Part shown: piece by piece, positions 26,331 to 39,484 of the stretch
Position numbering within the stretch: the stretch's first letter is position 1
How the letters are laid out: the number at the start of each line of letters is the position of its first letter
NCBI GenBank assembly: GCA_036172245.1
Contig: JAYWIR010000037.1
Coordinates: 1,984,001-2,048,000, forward strand
DNA length: 64,000 nt
Direction: 5' to 3'
DNA from: Raillietiella orientalis
Lineage: Eukaryota
Translations under genes and position numbers: made by a program
The notes under the pieces: model-generated
Databases searched by the model: none
What the model was told of the DNA's origin: nothing
The model's input: only the letters and a program-made list of their open reading frames with translations

Positions 26331-28280
26331 TATGGGAAGCGTTCTGGTAACCTAGTGTTCAGCTCGAAGTGTAGGAGGTTCAGAGGCCAAATGTAAATTC
26401 TTTATCAGTTCACCCGCTTGCCCTAACGTAGTAGGTTTCACTGTAGGGAAACTCTTCAGCTGGTCCTGAACAGTGTATAGCGATCTGAAGAACCCCAATC
26501 TCGTGATCTTTGGGTAGTTACATTGTGACAAATAAATAAATGCAGCGTTGTCCGGCTGGAGGCGGCATCGTCGAAGTCCTTCGATTTCTCGCTGGACATG
26601 AAACCTACTTGATGCTTTCATTGTCCAGCTGGTTCACTGGAAACCCATAAACCTTTCTTATTAACTTATTCTTTTTTGATTGATTCCCGTCAGATTGCGT
26701 GATGGCGAGGAGACAAAGTCAGCATCCATCTATTCAACTTACGATCCCTGCGCTGCTTTCATCAGAATTCGATCAATTTTCTAACTTGCAACGTGAGTCC
26801 TCGTTCGATCCTCAACATTTTCCAGCAAATAATGAATTCCAGTTCCTCACGGCGTTCCATAATCTTGCACCACGTTTCCTCCTTTAAAGCTAATTAGGGA
26901 ATAGGTTTCGGTTTGTATTTGATTTTTTCTTTAGTCTATAGTTTCCTTATCTCTTTCTATTCTTGAACTTCCTCAAACCTTCATGACATTTCTTCTCTCC
27001 CTTCCACCTCCGTGCGAACGAGCCATTTTCTGTTTGGCAGAATGTGAACTTGGAGCGGCAAATATTTAAGGGAACTTGATCAGTTCAGGTTGTGCACGAC
27101 TAGGAAACGGAATCTATTTAGTTGCTGCATTCCAGCGGCAGGCGCTTGCATGCCTCTTCTCACTGACAGTTATTCCTGTTATCCTGGATTAACTGCCCTA
27201 TCGAATAGCTACGGTAGACTGGAAGACGGCTGTCGGCAAATGTAAATTTTTGTCAGCATGAAAGGAGTTCGATTTTCAAAAAGTTGCAGCAAAAGTCCTT
27301 CCCATCCCATCGATTGGCATTCGATTGATCGTTTATTTCCCAAGAAATGAAAAACACTAGCGCTGTTGATTTGCAACGAGAGATGGCAACGGTACACTTT
27401 TTGAACATCCTTCAGAGTCCTGGCTTTGGACAAATGCTCCGAAACTAGGGAGCTTGAGGCACTTAGCTAGAAGGAACCAAAGTATGGAATCTAGGTATCA
27501 CCACACCTAAATTATGTGGAGACTCTTTAGGAAAAGGAACGTGGATTATTTCCATTCTTTGAAGTTCTTTCCTTATCCTGAAGATCGTAGGTCATAGCTC
27601 AGCAGACTACGAAAAGATCATGCAAGCAAACTGAAGCCAGTGAAATCCTTCAACAGGCAGGAACACCTGCTGAAGAATTAGAACCCCAGTAAGACTTTGT
27701 CCAGTAAGAAGGGAGAGAATTCTATGGAAATTCGCTTTTGTCTGCAGAGCATCTTGGGACAAAGCCATTCGCTTTGCGGATGAAGCATTAAACCCTTGAA
27801 GACTTCCTCTGTTCGTTCCTAGTCGGTTCACTTTGCTTCCCTTCCTCGCTCCCCAAAACAGATTGCCACGAGCCGCCCGCAAATAGATTATGGTTTCATA
27901 TATCATATCATGGTGTCGATGCACTATGAACATCAAAGAGGATCATAAAGACTCGAGTTACCGATCTATATGTAGCCAGCGATAATTTTTCTCCATGTCG
28001 TTCATTAAGCAAAATTAATTGATCGCGTCAGCGTGGTAACTGCTAAATTAAACGTGGTAAATTTTGGAAAGATCACATTGGTCGCCTCCTCTTTGATACA
28101 GAGTTGACGGGGAGCGATCTACCTGGTAGCAGCACTCGTTCGGAAGCTGACCATTCGTGTCGTGCATCAATCACGATTGCTCTCTGCACTCTAATGCCTC
28201 ACCGAAGAGAGCAGAGTGGAAGAGAGTTCCCGGACAATCTTTCCTGAGAATTACCCTCCCCCTCCCCTTTAAGCTCAAAT

Positions 28281-28320
28281 TTCAGATACCTTGAGTCAGC
28301 TTCAGGAACCTTGAGTCAGT
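28281..28320 (+). promoter_or_regulatory. 20-bp tandem duplication carrying two TGAGTCA (AP-1/TRE) motifs upstream of iGluR exon 1
   Basis: ttcagataccttgagtcagc ttcaggaaccttgagtcagt; the second unit ends in Inr-like TCAGTC; about 450 bp upstream of the ATG. Confidence 0.3.
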
Positions 28321-28773
28321 CTCACTCTCACAGTCACCTCCTCCTCCTCCTCTGGATGGTCACTGATAACCGCTCAAATGATTCATGCCTGCTGCAACAG
28401 AAAGAGAAAGGCCTGCTGTAAAGTAGAGTTTCACGCGTCGCCGTACTGAGGCACGTAGATCCGAATACATCTACCTACTGATCTCCACTGCACTATTTCC
28501 AACCGCTCCCTCGTTCGTGCCACACAACTCCCATTCATGCTTCCAGCTCTGTGGAGCTACGTCGTATTTTCTCGATCTGATGGGATGGCAAAGTACCCTT
28601 GATCTGGGAATGAACGGATAAGTTGATTTCTTTGCCTCCCCCTCCGCCCTTGAAAAAAAAAAAAAAAAAAAAAAAAAAGGTGTCTGCAGTTATGCATAAT
28701 CTTAACACGGCATTTTGGAAGCAGGAATGAGTGGAGAAACACTTTGGGAAGCTGGGGATTTCAAGTTGCCATC

Positions 28774-28858
28774 ATGTCCACATCGTCTATCCTATTCAAT
28801 CTATTCTTCACGATCTGCATTTTAGAAGTTCGAAACACCCACGTGATTGCCAAGATCG
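28774..28858 (+). CDS. iGluR (+) exon 1: signal peptide [29 protein letters not shown]
   Basis: gccatcATG context, hydrophobic core, perfect phase-1 donor G|GTAAGT; joins exon 2 to give the canonical KIGAIF start of the ATD. Confidence 0.8.
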
Positions 28859-31800
28859 GTAAGTCCAATTCCTTTTAAGACTTAGTGACCTTTCGAATCG
28901 GCGATTTTCTCTTAGCCTGAAGGCATGTTCTTTTCTTTTTTTTCACGGAGGAAATCGGACTTATGCATGAACCAGAGGGTAACAAATGCAAGAACGTTTC
29001 GCGGGTCTTCCTTTCGAGAGACTTATTAAATTTTCCGCAGAGACTTGCTATGCGGGGATCTGGTTTCCTCCCGGGTTCAAAGCACCCTTTCATCCAAGTT
29101 CTTGGTGAATACTGCTGCTTCTCTCAGAGGCGAATATTTTGGTCCATACTGATTCAGGAAAACTCGGCTTGAAAGCGAGAATGGTTATTGGCTTGGTCAT
29201 TTTGGCATCAGTAGCCGAAACGTCAGACTTTCTCAAAGCAGTTTTCCAAAGAAAGTTTCTTTTCCGTTAAACCTGAAGGACAGCCAGGTGCCAAAATGTC
29301 TGGCAGCCTGGAAAGCGCTAAGGAGCTGCAGGGACTCAGAAAGCGGAATGAAAGAAGAGAAAAAATTCGTTTTTACTGCCAGGGATGCGGTTGTGCGGGA
29401 ACATCGCTCTGATTGCTATTGCTCTTCTTCGTCACGAAGTCGCCGTGTCCTCTTTTTCTGGCAGCCGTTCCTCCTCCCTTCCATATGGGATCATCATCGA
29501 TTCCGAAAGCTTGCAGCCAGCTCTTCTTCGGATGAACACACCAGGAAGCTGTCTTTTCGTTGCGGATGCTTATGCAAGTATTAGCATTTACGCAGTCAAT
29601 CATGGATGCCGCCGAATTTTTGATCAGATGCAGACCCACTCATCAAAAACTGCCCTCAACTTTTTCACCTGGAGGCCCCTCAACACAGCTTCCTTCCTTT
29701 CCATGCACGTTAATTGGATCTCATAAAAACTGACTTTTCATTCAAATGATTGGGAGGAATCTTGGTTCACCCTCGAAGAACCCTTTGGAAGATTAAATCC
29801 GGAAAGATCGGTACATTTTCATCTTCCACCATTATTCTGTTTCCTTTCAACGTCAGCTTTGATCTCATTCGAAGAAGATCATGGAATGCCAAATTGGTCC
29901 AAATCACAAAAATCTACAGATTTAAGCCGTGGCACACAGATACGTTAATTATGAAAGCGTGGTTTTCGAGGTCAGGGTTTGAAGCTCCATGCTGATATGT
30001 ATGAAGTACGAAGCACGCGACGTAACCACCAATTTCGGAGCAGCATCGCTCGCAAGTTCCTTTGCAGCAGCATCGGTCCCATGAATTTCCAAAGATCAAA
30101 AGCTGGGCATATCCTAACGTAGAGAATGCTTGTGTGCTAGATGAGAACAAAGCCACAGCATCGGTCAGCTTAACTTGTTGATAAATCACCCATCCATTCA
30201 TCATCTGAGTCCTCTGAATCAATGAAACATGCAAATTAACCAGCCTACCGTAGCTATTACAAAATAAATCTCATTTCCTGCTCTCTTTTCAGGAGCTATA
30301 TTTACTGAGGATCAGAAAGATTCTCTTGAGGAACTTGCTTTCAAATTTGCCGTTTACCGGATAAATGAAGATCGTTTCCTTTTGCCGAATGTGAGCATCG
30401 TATTCGAAATACAGTATGTGCCCTCCGAAGACAGCTTCCGTTGCTACAAGAAAGGTAAAAGAAGTATTTTGTTTAAAGAGATGATACAGTGCATTGGAGT
30501 AGCTCTAAACATTGCAAAGCTAACCTCAAGATTGTCGAATTCGTCAAATTCTTGATTCGAATTCTCGGTTACTACGGAATTAAACGAATGAATGGTGTGA
30601 AGTGAATGAAAGATCGAAGAAAAGCAGATAGTAGAAGCTAGAGGGAAGACTTCTTTGGCAAGTGTGTTCTAAAACAGGCAGCAACGAATGAAGTTAAGAA
30701 GGAATGCGAATAAACTTTTACGTTGCCATGGGTTTGGAAAATATTCCTGGCAGATGGTAACTGAAACTCCACAAGAGAATGTTCCATTCCGTAGCCTCAG
30801 CGAGCCATCCGTTTCTAAGAAAAAGTGGAAGAGTTGAGTGGCGACCTGCCTGAACGTACTGTGCTTCATTTTGAGCAACCACATCCAAATTACGGCGCAG
30901 TTTATTGATGTCTTTTGCATGAATTTGCCTTTCGCTCGGAAAAAAAAAATAGCAGGAATCACATTTGCTTCACAAGCTCGTATTCTTCTATCAAAAGACA
31001 GCTGTTGATTCATTGGCAACTCTTTTATGATCAGCTTAGTCAAGCTGTAAGTCAACCTTCCGGGTCCCGCTTTATCACTTGTTTTTTTGATTAAGAGGTG
31101 AAATCGCGTATCACTTCAAGCCGGTTGCTATTACTACGAATTCACTCTGATGTTCTCAATCTCTTCCTGTTTCCTTCTTCTTCGACTAAATGAAACCATC
31201 TCAACGCACTTCAAAACAGTCCTCGATCTTTTATTTCCAATCGATGATGAAACCTCTAGGTCTTGAGCTCGCTCTGTGTGCTCGCATTTGTGAACTGAAT
31301 GTGATTCCAGAAAGTATTCGAATACGGGCAACCATTCATCGTTTTGGAATAGCCACTGCAATAGCGTTGCGATTTTGGCTTTTGTTGCTCTCTAAATCTC
31401 ATGTCTTCGTAATCTCATCTGTCATCTCATTGTGTGTTCATTGTCATCAGAACACACTTGTGTTTATGCTGCAGATACATTACTGGCCATAGACTAACAG
31501 GAATGTTCCGTTTCTTCTTGAGAACCTCAAAGCACAACCAAACCGTCTCTTCCAAATTGCAATCTTCTATTGCTACCGAACTCTTCGGCGCCGTGCTCTC
31601 CGCATATGCCACATCTTTGCAGCAACTAAAAGAGCAAATGAGATCATTATGCAGCTCAATTCGCTCCTATCAAACTGCCATTTCCGTGACTTCTTTCGAA
31701 ATAAGAAAAGGTCCCTTGTCCTCATTTCTCCTTTCGTTTGAAAATCTGAATCCAACAACTTGATGCTGGAGAGTCCAGAAGTGCGTACGCACATTTCCTT

Positions 31801-34800
31801 CAAGATATGGAAAATTTCTCCTCAAGGGGGGGATCTGAATGGCAAATTCTTCAGTCTTATATTCTCTCTGATCCAGTTTCCTCGAGAATGTTGTCTGTAT
31901 TGCCCGTGAATGACGCATAGTCTTTGCGACGTGCTCGTTTCCCTCAAGTGGCTTCGTTTCTAAATGCTTCGTCATCCATTTCTTCGGGAAGACTTTGAAT
32001 CTTCCGGGTTCGTCGTGTTTGAATGCTACGGATGTGGAAACTGGTACTCCTTGACAAGGAAAACACCTCCATATCACTGTGAGTGGATAATCGCGGTTTC
32101 TCCTATGAGAAAATTGTCTGCAGAAACCAATCTCCCCAATAGGCTCAAAGCGTCCCCTGAATTCAGCACTTGAAACAAGAAGTCAAAGTGGGCAGTCATC
32201 TCAAGAATTCATTGATAGCTCTGGACTTCTGAAGCTCTGGATAACGGTCATTTAAACTGCTTGCTATTCTGAGCACGTCGCTCCTACATTTCTTTTTCGT
32301 TCTCCTTGCTTTAAACACCATCGGACGATTGTGGCATCCGGAACTGAGCAAACGGTATTAAAGCGGAATCTTTTGTTTCTTGGTATACGTAGGGCCGAGA
32401 GTTGAAGAAAAAAAAAAAAAAATTCCAACGATTCGGGCTGATTGTAATCCTTCGATTCTGGTCACGTACTTTGCACTACACCGTAATTGTCCCTTTTATT
32501 TACCTCGAAAAGCATTCGTGTGAAAGTCATTCGACTTTCGATCACCGCATTTCCAAGTTTTGAAGACATTGGCTGGCGCAAAAAAATGTCTCCAGTGTCT
32601 TTGGAAAAAAAAAAAAAAAAAAAAAAAACTGATCATAGCAGTTACAGAATCTTGAGAGGGGGGGGGGGAATACCCTAATTTTATACAGAACTGATGCTAC
32701 CCGCTGGTTTAGTACTTCTGCTTAAATTACATTCATTCAGCCCTTTCTTACTATCAGTACTCAAAGATTCACGACGCTGTTACCCATGTAGCTGAAGAAA
32801 GAAATGATCATCTACTTTGGCATTTCCGGGGAAAAAAAATGAAATTGAAATAAACGATTCGGAAAAGCAGCATGGAGTGTTCAAATAGAAACAGCTGAAC
32901 AGGCAAAAGAACGAAGGGGACGAACGAGCAATGTTCGAGTTACTAGTAGTAGCAGCAGGCCGAAACTCGCACTGAGATCTTCATGCAACGAGACAGCGCA
33001 AGAACACTTGAGCAACACTGAGTAAGTGGGATTTATTCTTTCTGAGAGGTGGAAAATGTGATATGCAGACGAAATGCACACAAGAAGGTTGTGCATTACA
33101 ATGCAGCAAATGCAGCTCCAGCGGGATTCGAAGGGTGCAAGGGAATGACGGTCAAGTTTCTTCCTCACCGATGGTGATCACCTGAGATTCAGAACTACAG
33201 ATTCATCCACGCAGCAAGGCTAAACGTCCTACCAGTCAGGGTTGGACCCAGGATGGGAACCAGAAGAACCAGAAGACGAAACATTGTCTCACATGTTAAA
33301 CAGATGCGGGAGACACTTTCATCCGTCCGTTGCGCGACACGGCACGAGGCAAGAGATGATCATCAAGGCCCCAGATGGATGAAGCAAAGTGGACCCTAGC
33401 GTCCACCAGCCAGACTGCTCCAGGAACGAACTCCCTTTTAAGACCGGCCTTCGTGATGCAAAAAGGAAACATCGTGCTGGACGTCTGCTGCCCGTACGAG
33501 GGTGGAGGAGAGGCATTGAGCGCAGCAAGGAGGAGAAAACGGGAAAAATACAAGAGAGCAGCCCTCCAGCTAGGCAGAGAGAGGGGAGCAATGCAGGGTT
33601 CATGCTTTCATCGTTAGTTCTCTGGAATCCTGGAATCCAGGAAACGGGGAAGTAGTACAGGACCTTGGAATCCAAAAAATAAATTGGGGACGATGAGGCG
33701 CCGGATGCTGGCTTCGTGCATCCGTACCCCAGTGACATCTATGCAGCCCTCGTCACGCAGAAGACCGACAGCCAGATGCAGTCGAAGCATTCCAGCGATC
33801 AGCTCTCGCGGGACGAAGAACAGGAAGCCCGGGAAGCGACAGGCTGAGGGACTACGAGCGTCCCAGATGAACAGAGGAGGAATTCCGAAAGAATATCAAG
33901 AGCCCCCCTGTAACATGTTGTCTAATTGTGAATCAAAACAATAAAAAACTGCACATAAAGATCAAAAACTATCTTCAAAAACATATTTCTGGAAGGGCAG
34001 CTGTAACAGCACAATTTGTTTTTTTTTTTTTTTTTATTCGTCGTAAACAAGGGTGAGAAGATGAAGTCCGATGGAGTTCAGCTGAACACAAGAGGAGTGT
34101 CAGCTTGAGTTTTCAAAATTGTCGCCATCAATTAGGTGTTTTATAGTGGAACGCTCAAACACTCACTCAGAAGATGTTGTTTGAAGAGGCATAATTCTTT
34201 CACATAGATGGAATCAGAATAATAGATTTTTGTTGTAGACTTCTTGTTGGACACAGTTTTTGATCCTTATCCTATCTATAAGCTATGCAAACTTCTGAGG
34301 TGTGCAAGAAACAAAGACAACAGATGATGCATCTCGTCGATTCATCATTCCATGCAGTTTGCTCACACTCCTTCCATCTCGTTGCTGCTTCATCCCAAAC
34401 AGAAAATTCTACCGTTTTCTAGAAAGGGAAATTTTGGAATTCATCATTTTCAGATGGGGTGTCGGGCAGAACTTGCGAATGTTCCGTGACCCCAACTAGA
34501 ACATTCGGCTGCTTTACGCATACAGATCAGCTTCATAATCCTCCTTGGGTATTTCTTCGAGATAACCTTGTAGCTGGGATCTCAAAAGAGGGGCAAAAAC
34601 GAACCATCCGATCATTTTGGCTCGCTGTTGGTGTGGAGGAGCGAACCATCTCGGCTTGAACTTATGCCTTTTGGAACGAAGGACCTCACTTTACAATCAG
34701 AACTTTTTGTGTGTGTTTTGTGTGGTCTGACCAGTTCCGACGATTTTCACCCACTTGTACCCGCTCTGTCTTTTTAGCATGTCATCTTGTGAAGAACGGA

Positions 34801-37800
34801 GTCATGACTTTGTTCGGACCGGGTGATTCTTTCTTAGGTATGCACATGAAGTCCTTCGCCGAAAGTCTCAGTATTCCACACTTAGAAAACTACAATCAAG
34901 AAGCAACGAACCAAACGTTTTCCATCAATCTTCATCCTTCTTCGGATAGCTTGAACCTTGCTATTATGGAAGTGGTCCGTTCTTTGGGATGGAGCAGAGT
35001 CGCTTTTTTATACGATGATGATTTCGGTGAATATCCATCTAGTTTCTCATTAAATGAATGCAACTCACCTGAATGATGTGTTCTTGCAAAAAAAAAATTG
35101 CATTGAAAATCGTATCCTGTTTATAGGCTTCAGGAGAATCCAAAGCTTGCTGAAGTTTCCGATCATCAGGAATATGACCGTGTGCTTCAAAGAAGTCAGA
35201 CAAGACAGGGTCAGAGAAGTTCTTCGAAATATCATGAGCAAGAACATTCGCAACATAGTTGTAGACATCCAGAAACACAATGTGCACGCATTTTTGAAAA
35301 GTGTGAGTGTTGCTTACAGACAAGGAAACGTGCACACAGACGCAGATGACGGGTATTTTGCTCTTTTCGCGTTCCTTCGTGAAACGTCATCATTCCGAGT
35401 ATCATTTGATATCGCCTATTGATGAGACTGTGCCAAGTTCACTTGCAGTACAGTCTTTTCTGATAGGCGAGCAATACTTTTGGAACGGCAGTTTTTGTTT
35501 GTCCACAAAAAAGGAAAGAATGTCGCTACTTTTGTGGTCCATGCTAATTATCCAGAATATGGAATCTTGTAAGAGTGGATCTGTTCACAGTCTCACATGG
35601 TGTGCAAGGTTTCTCTCCGAGCATGGATGTTTTCACAAGCACTCTCCCTCACCATATTTCCACAGATATCCTCCTTTCCCATCCAAAGTCCGATAAACGC
35701 TTCGAGTAGCCATTCAAGGATCTCTTTCGTTTTAGATTCTTCAGCTGCAAATGAATGACCACAAATACCATTTCTTTTTTGCATCATTGGTAAGTCTCTT
35801 CTCCTCCAGTTTCCATGCACTCGACCACCTCAAAAGCTAATTCCTGTTTCAACTCTGGGTTTCCTCAGTGGTACAGTACAGTAAAGACCATGAACTTATA
35901 AGTCTTCTTTCCTCTACGTGGCTGAACAAATCAGTCTCTCTCTACAAGAATGACTCCATGCATTTTAACGTAGTTGAAATCCAGAAACGCAAAGATGTAT
36001 TCGTAACTACGGAAAGACCTTTCTAGAATTCATGCGCGCCTTTCTTTTTGTTTTTTCAACTGGACTTCATATCCTCTCTCTTGTTCGAGTGAATAAGTTT
36101 TCTAAAAGAGAAAGGAGCTGCTTTTCTTTTTTCTTTTTTGTATTTATTTCTTGAACTTCCTACTCGAGATAATGTGCTGTCTTTTACGTTTTGTAGGATG
36201 CAGATCTGTTCGATTTTGAAGATTTCAAGTATAATTTCGTCAACATTACTGCATTTCGCCTGAGAGATATGAACAGTGGCAAAGTCCGGAAAATTTCTAG
36301 AGCTTTTTCCAAATTCTACACCAACACATTGGATTCATCTCCTATGACAGTTAGTATTCACCTTTCGACTTGAAACCAATACTGGGCATTCCAGCTTCCT
36401 TGTATATTATTAACCTTGTAAATAAGATCCATTTCGATCCTCTCAGTGTTCTTGCCCTTCATCTAGAAATCTGTTGAAAACAGCATTTCCAGATCCGCAA
36501 ATGAATGACATGCATTAGGACTCTTCTTCCAATGAAGCAGAGACAGAGAAGAAACCGTTCATGTTGAAAAACATGAGTTGTTTCAAAATTGAGGGCATTT
36601 TTGTCTCTTAAAGACCCTTGAAAGAAGGTTGATAGGAGTTTTCCTGTCTTCGAGCGTTCCACTCATGAAAACTTTTATCTTGAAATCACTCGTTTTTTCC
36701 TGTTCAGATCGCGACTTCAGGGAACAGCAAGTCACTTTTCCCCTTCCTCCTCCAATAACTTTCTCCGGAATACATGCACACTCTAGAGATTGGTCCAGAA
36801 CTTTGAGTTGAAGAGAAGATACTAAACACGCTATTCTCCGTGAACCTCTGGCGTGGGATTCAAGAACAGCGGTCAAGAGAAAATCGGTCAAAAGAAAAAG
36901 AGAAAGCACCGAAGTTTCTGGTGCACTTGCTTCTGGAGATCTCATTTTCCTCGTTGAAAAATCTACAATAATCAGTACCATTGCTCTTACAAGTATTGTC
37001 TTTATAGACAAGTAGATCCATCAAAGTATGCCAGGGAGCTCGATGGTTTCACAGAATTGTCGGCTTCATTCCGGCTGCCTTTAATGCAGAATCTTGGAAG
37101 CGCTAAGATCATGTCGACTCTCCTCCCCGGAAACTCATCTTGTGGAACACAGAGTTCGGCAAACTGTTCCGTCGATTGCTAGAAGTGATCTTGATGGAAA
37201 TTTGTCCCATCGATTACTCCCATGACTCCTAAAGAAGGTAGGAGCCTATGAAGAGTCTCTTTCTCTTTGGCATCGCGCCATTCGAGCTTCAACTAGCAGG
37301 CTATGATCTTTGCGAAAAGGGGAAGAATTACCAGTCGATGGTAACTCCTCTCAACAGGTCAAATCACGCTGAAAGAACTCGAAAAGAAAACGCACTCGGT
37401 GAAAATGAAAGTCAACGAATCCCACCACAGAGAAACGAATGCAAGTTGCTCTTGCAGTCAGGAAGTAGCATCAGCAGAGATGAAAAATGGACCCGGAATA
37501 TGGACTTTAATGTAGCATCCGGCGTGGAGAGCACAATGTGCGGGCGTTGATGCTTTCGTTCGCTGAGCACCGAACGACGTTCCTACTTGGAAAGGTCTGC
37601 ACCAGAAAGTCAGAGAAAAATGTCCTGAGCGTCGTGAGCCCAGCATGGAAGCAGAGAAATGCTTTCAGCACTCAGACTGAATAGCCAGCCTGCGTCTTAC
37701 CCTACCTCACCCAGGAATCAACAGGAAGCGATTTCATCCACCTTCTCGCAGAGTTTGCTCACTCGCCTTCCCGTAGCTCAGCATATGCTTATCGGCTCAG

Positions 37801-39453
37801 AAGGTGGAACTTGGAGACCTCGCGCTTGTATCACAAATCCCCGCGGAACAGACGTTACCACTTTTGCATACGTGTGTCCTTCTCTCACCCTCCCGGGTGC
37901 AGCTTCCCAAAATGTTGTAGTGCCGGCATTGCGAGGCTCTTTGGTCTTTCATGCTGCTTTCGAAAGTAGGGAGAAAGCTAAGAAGTGCCCCTTTTCGTGT
38001 TGTGGGAATACCCGGGATTTCGAATTTCGTGTCTCTGAAATCTTTCCTACCTCCATGTTCTGGTCGCACGTCATCTGTCGGCGGAAAGCACCACTGATCT
38101 GTCACTGGCACTGGCCTCGTCCTTTAAACGCTAATTAAATGGTAGAAGGCATCCCCCTTCCGAGAAACACACCGATCCGGAGCAGCATCCATCAACTCCA
38201 TGTATTATTTAACGCTTACTGAGTGTGTGGGTCCATGTGGCCCCACTGATTGATGGAATTTCAGCTGCGATCAGCGCTGATGTACGATTCCGTGTACGCG
38301 TTTTCTCTCGGTCTGGAATCCTTCCTTCGTGCAAACTCGATATCCCGGATGGAGGAGCAGACCGACTGCCTCGGAGGTAGGAAATGGCAACAGGGAAGCA
38401 ACCTGCTGCATCACATCAGCGCGGTAAGAGGAATGAGAGTTCTGGCGCGGCAGAATATCTAAACGGGTGGATGCAGGTCAAGTTCCAAGGCGTCACGGGA
38501 AACGTGGAATTCCAAAATGGGCAGAGGAGAAATTTCAAGCTGGACTTCCTCAAACTTCGGAAGGAAGGAATGAAAAAGATCGGGGAGTGGAAACAGCATG
38601 CCAATTTGAAAATCGTGGATCCTAAAGCCTTCAAGGGAAAGGAGCTCCCTAACGTAACTTTGGTGGTCACCACAGTTGAGGTGAGAACAGTAGCTTTCTT
38701 ATCTCTTAGCTCCCCTGTAAAAGTGAATAACCACTTTTGAAAACCGATTGTGAGAAGTTAAAGAAGTGATTGATCCATCCTTCAGAGATTCTTGAGATCA
38801 GTCTGTTATTGCGGCTCAACGTAAAGTCAAATTTACTCTCTAAATCTTTCATCACCCCAAGCCTCGGATCTCATGAAGACCCTCTAATGAGTCTTCCTAG
38901 CTTCCTCATCGGGTTACAAATCCACTATTATCATCATCATTATCACCATGATTATTAGAAAATGCTATCATGAGAAAGCGAATGCTCTCCTCGATGGTCA
39001 TGTGTCTTTCGTGAAGAAATGAAATGCCTGTCGATTAGTGGGTATCCTGATGTTCCTCTTTTTTGCCCTCCAACGTCATCTTTTTCAACTGAATGAATAT
39101 GAGTGAAGCTGCACGGATAAAAGGAAATCCACATAGAGGAGTAAAGCTCCCAAATTTCTCTCCAAGTAGATCACATCAAACAGAATCCTCCAGCTGATGA
39201 GCAAAGATTCTGTCTGAAGGAGCGAATCCGTTTTCAGCTGAAATGCATTTCGCCAGTCCTCAGGATGTATTTGAGATTCTGGATGCGGGCTCCTGTTGCG
39301 AATACTAGCATTACAACCACTAATGAATGAGTCACCCTGTGCTTTCGAAACTGCGCAAATCATTTGGCCCATTCTATCGAATCGGTCCAATTTACTTAGA
39401 AAATTCCCCCCCCCCCTCCTTTCTCCGAAATTGAAGAAGACTACTGCGTTTCC

Positions 39454-39484
<31 letters not shown>

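Noticed and set aside
29750..29815. Alternative first exon ending KIG|GTACAT
   Set aside because: No ATG-initiated signal peptide and a weak donor; 28774-28858 is much better
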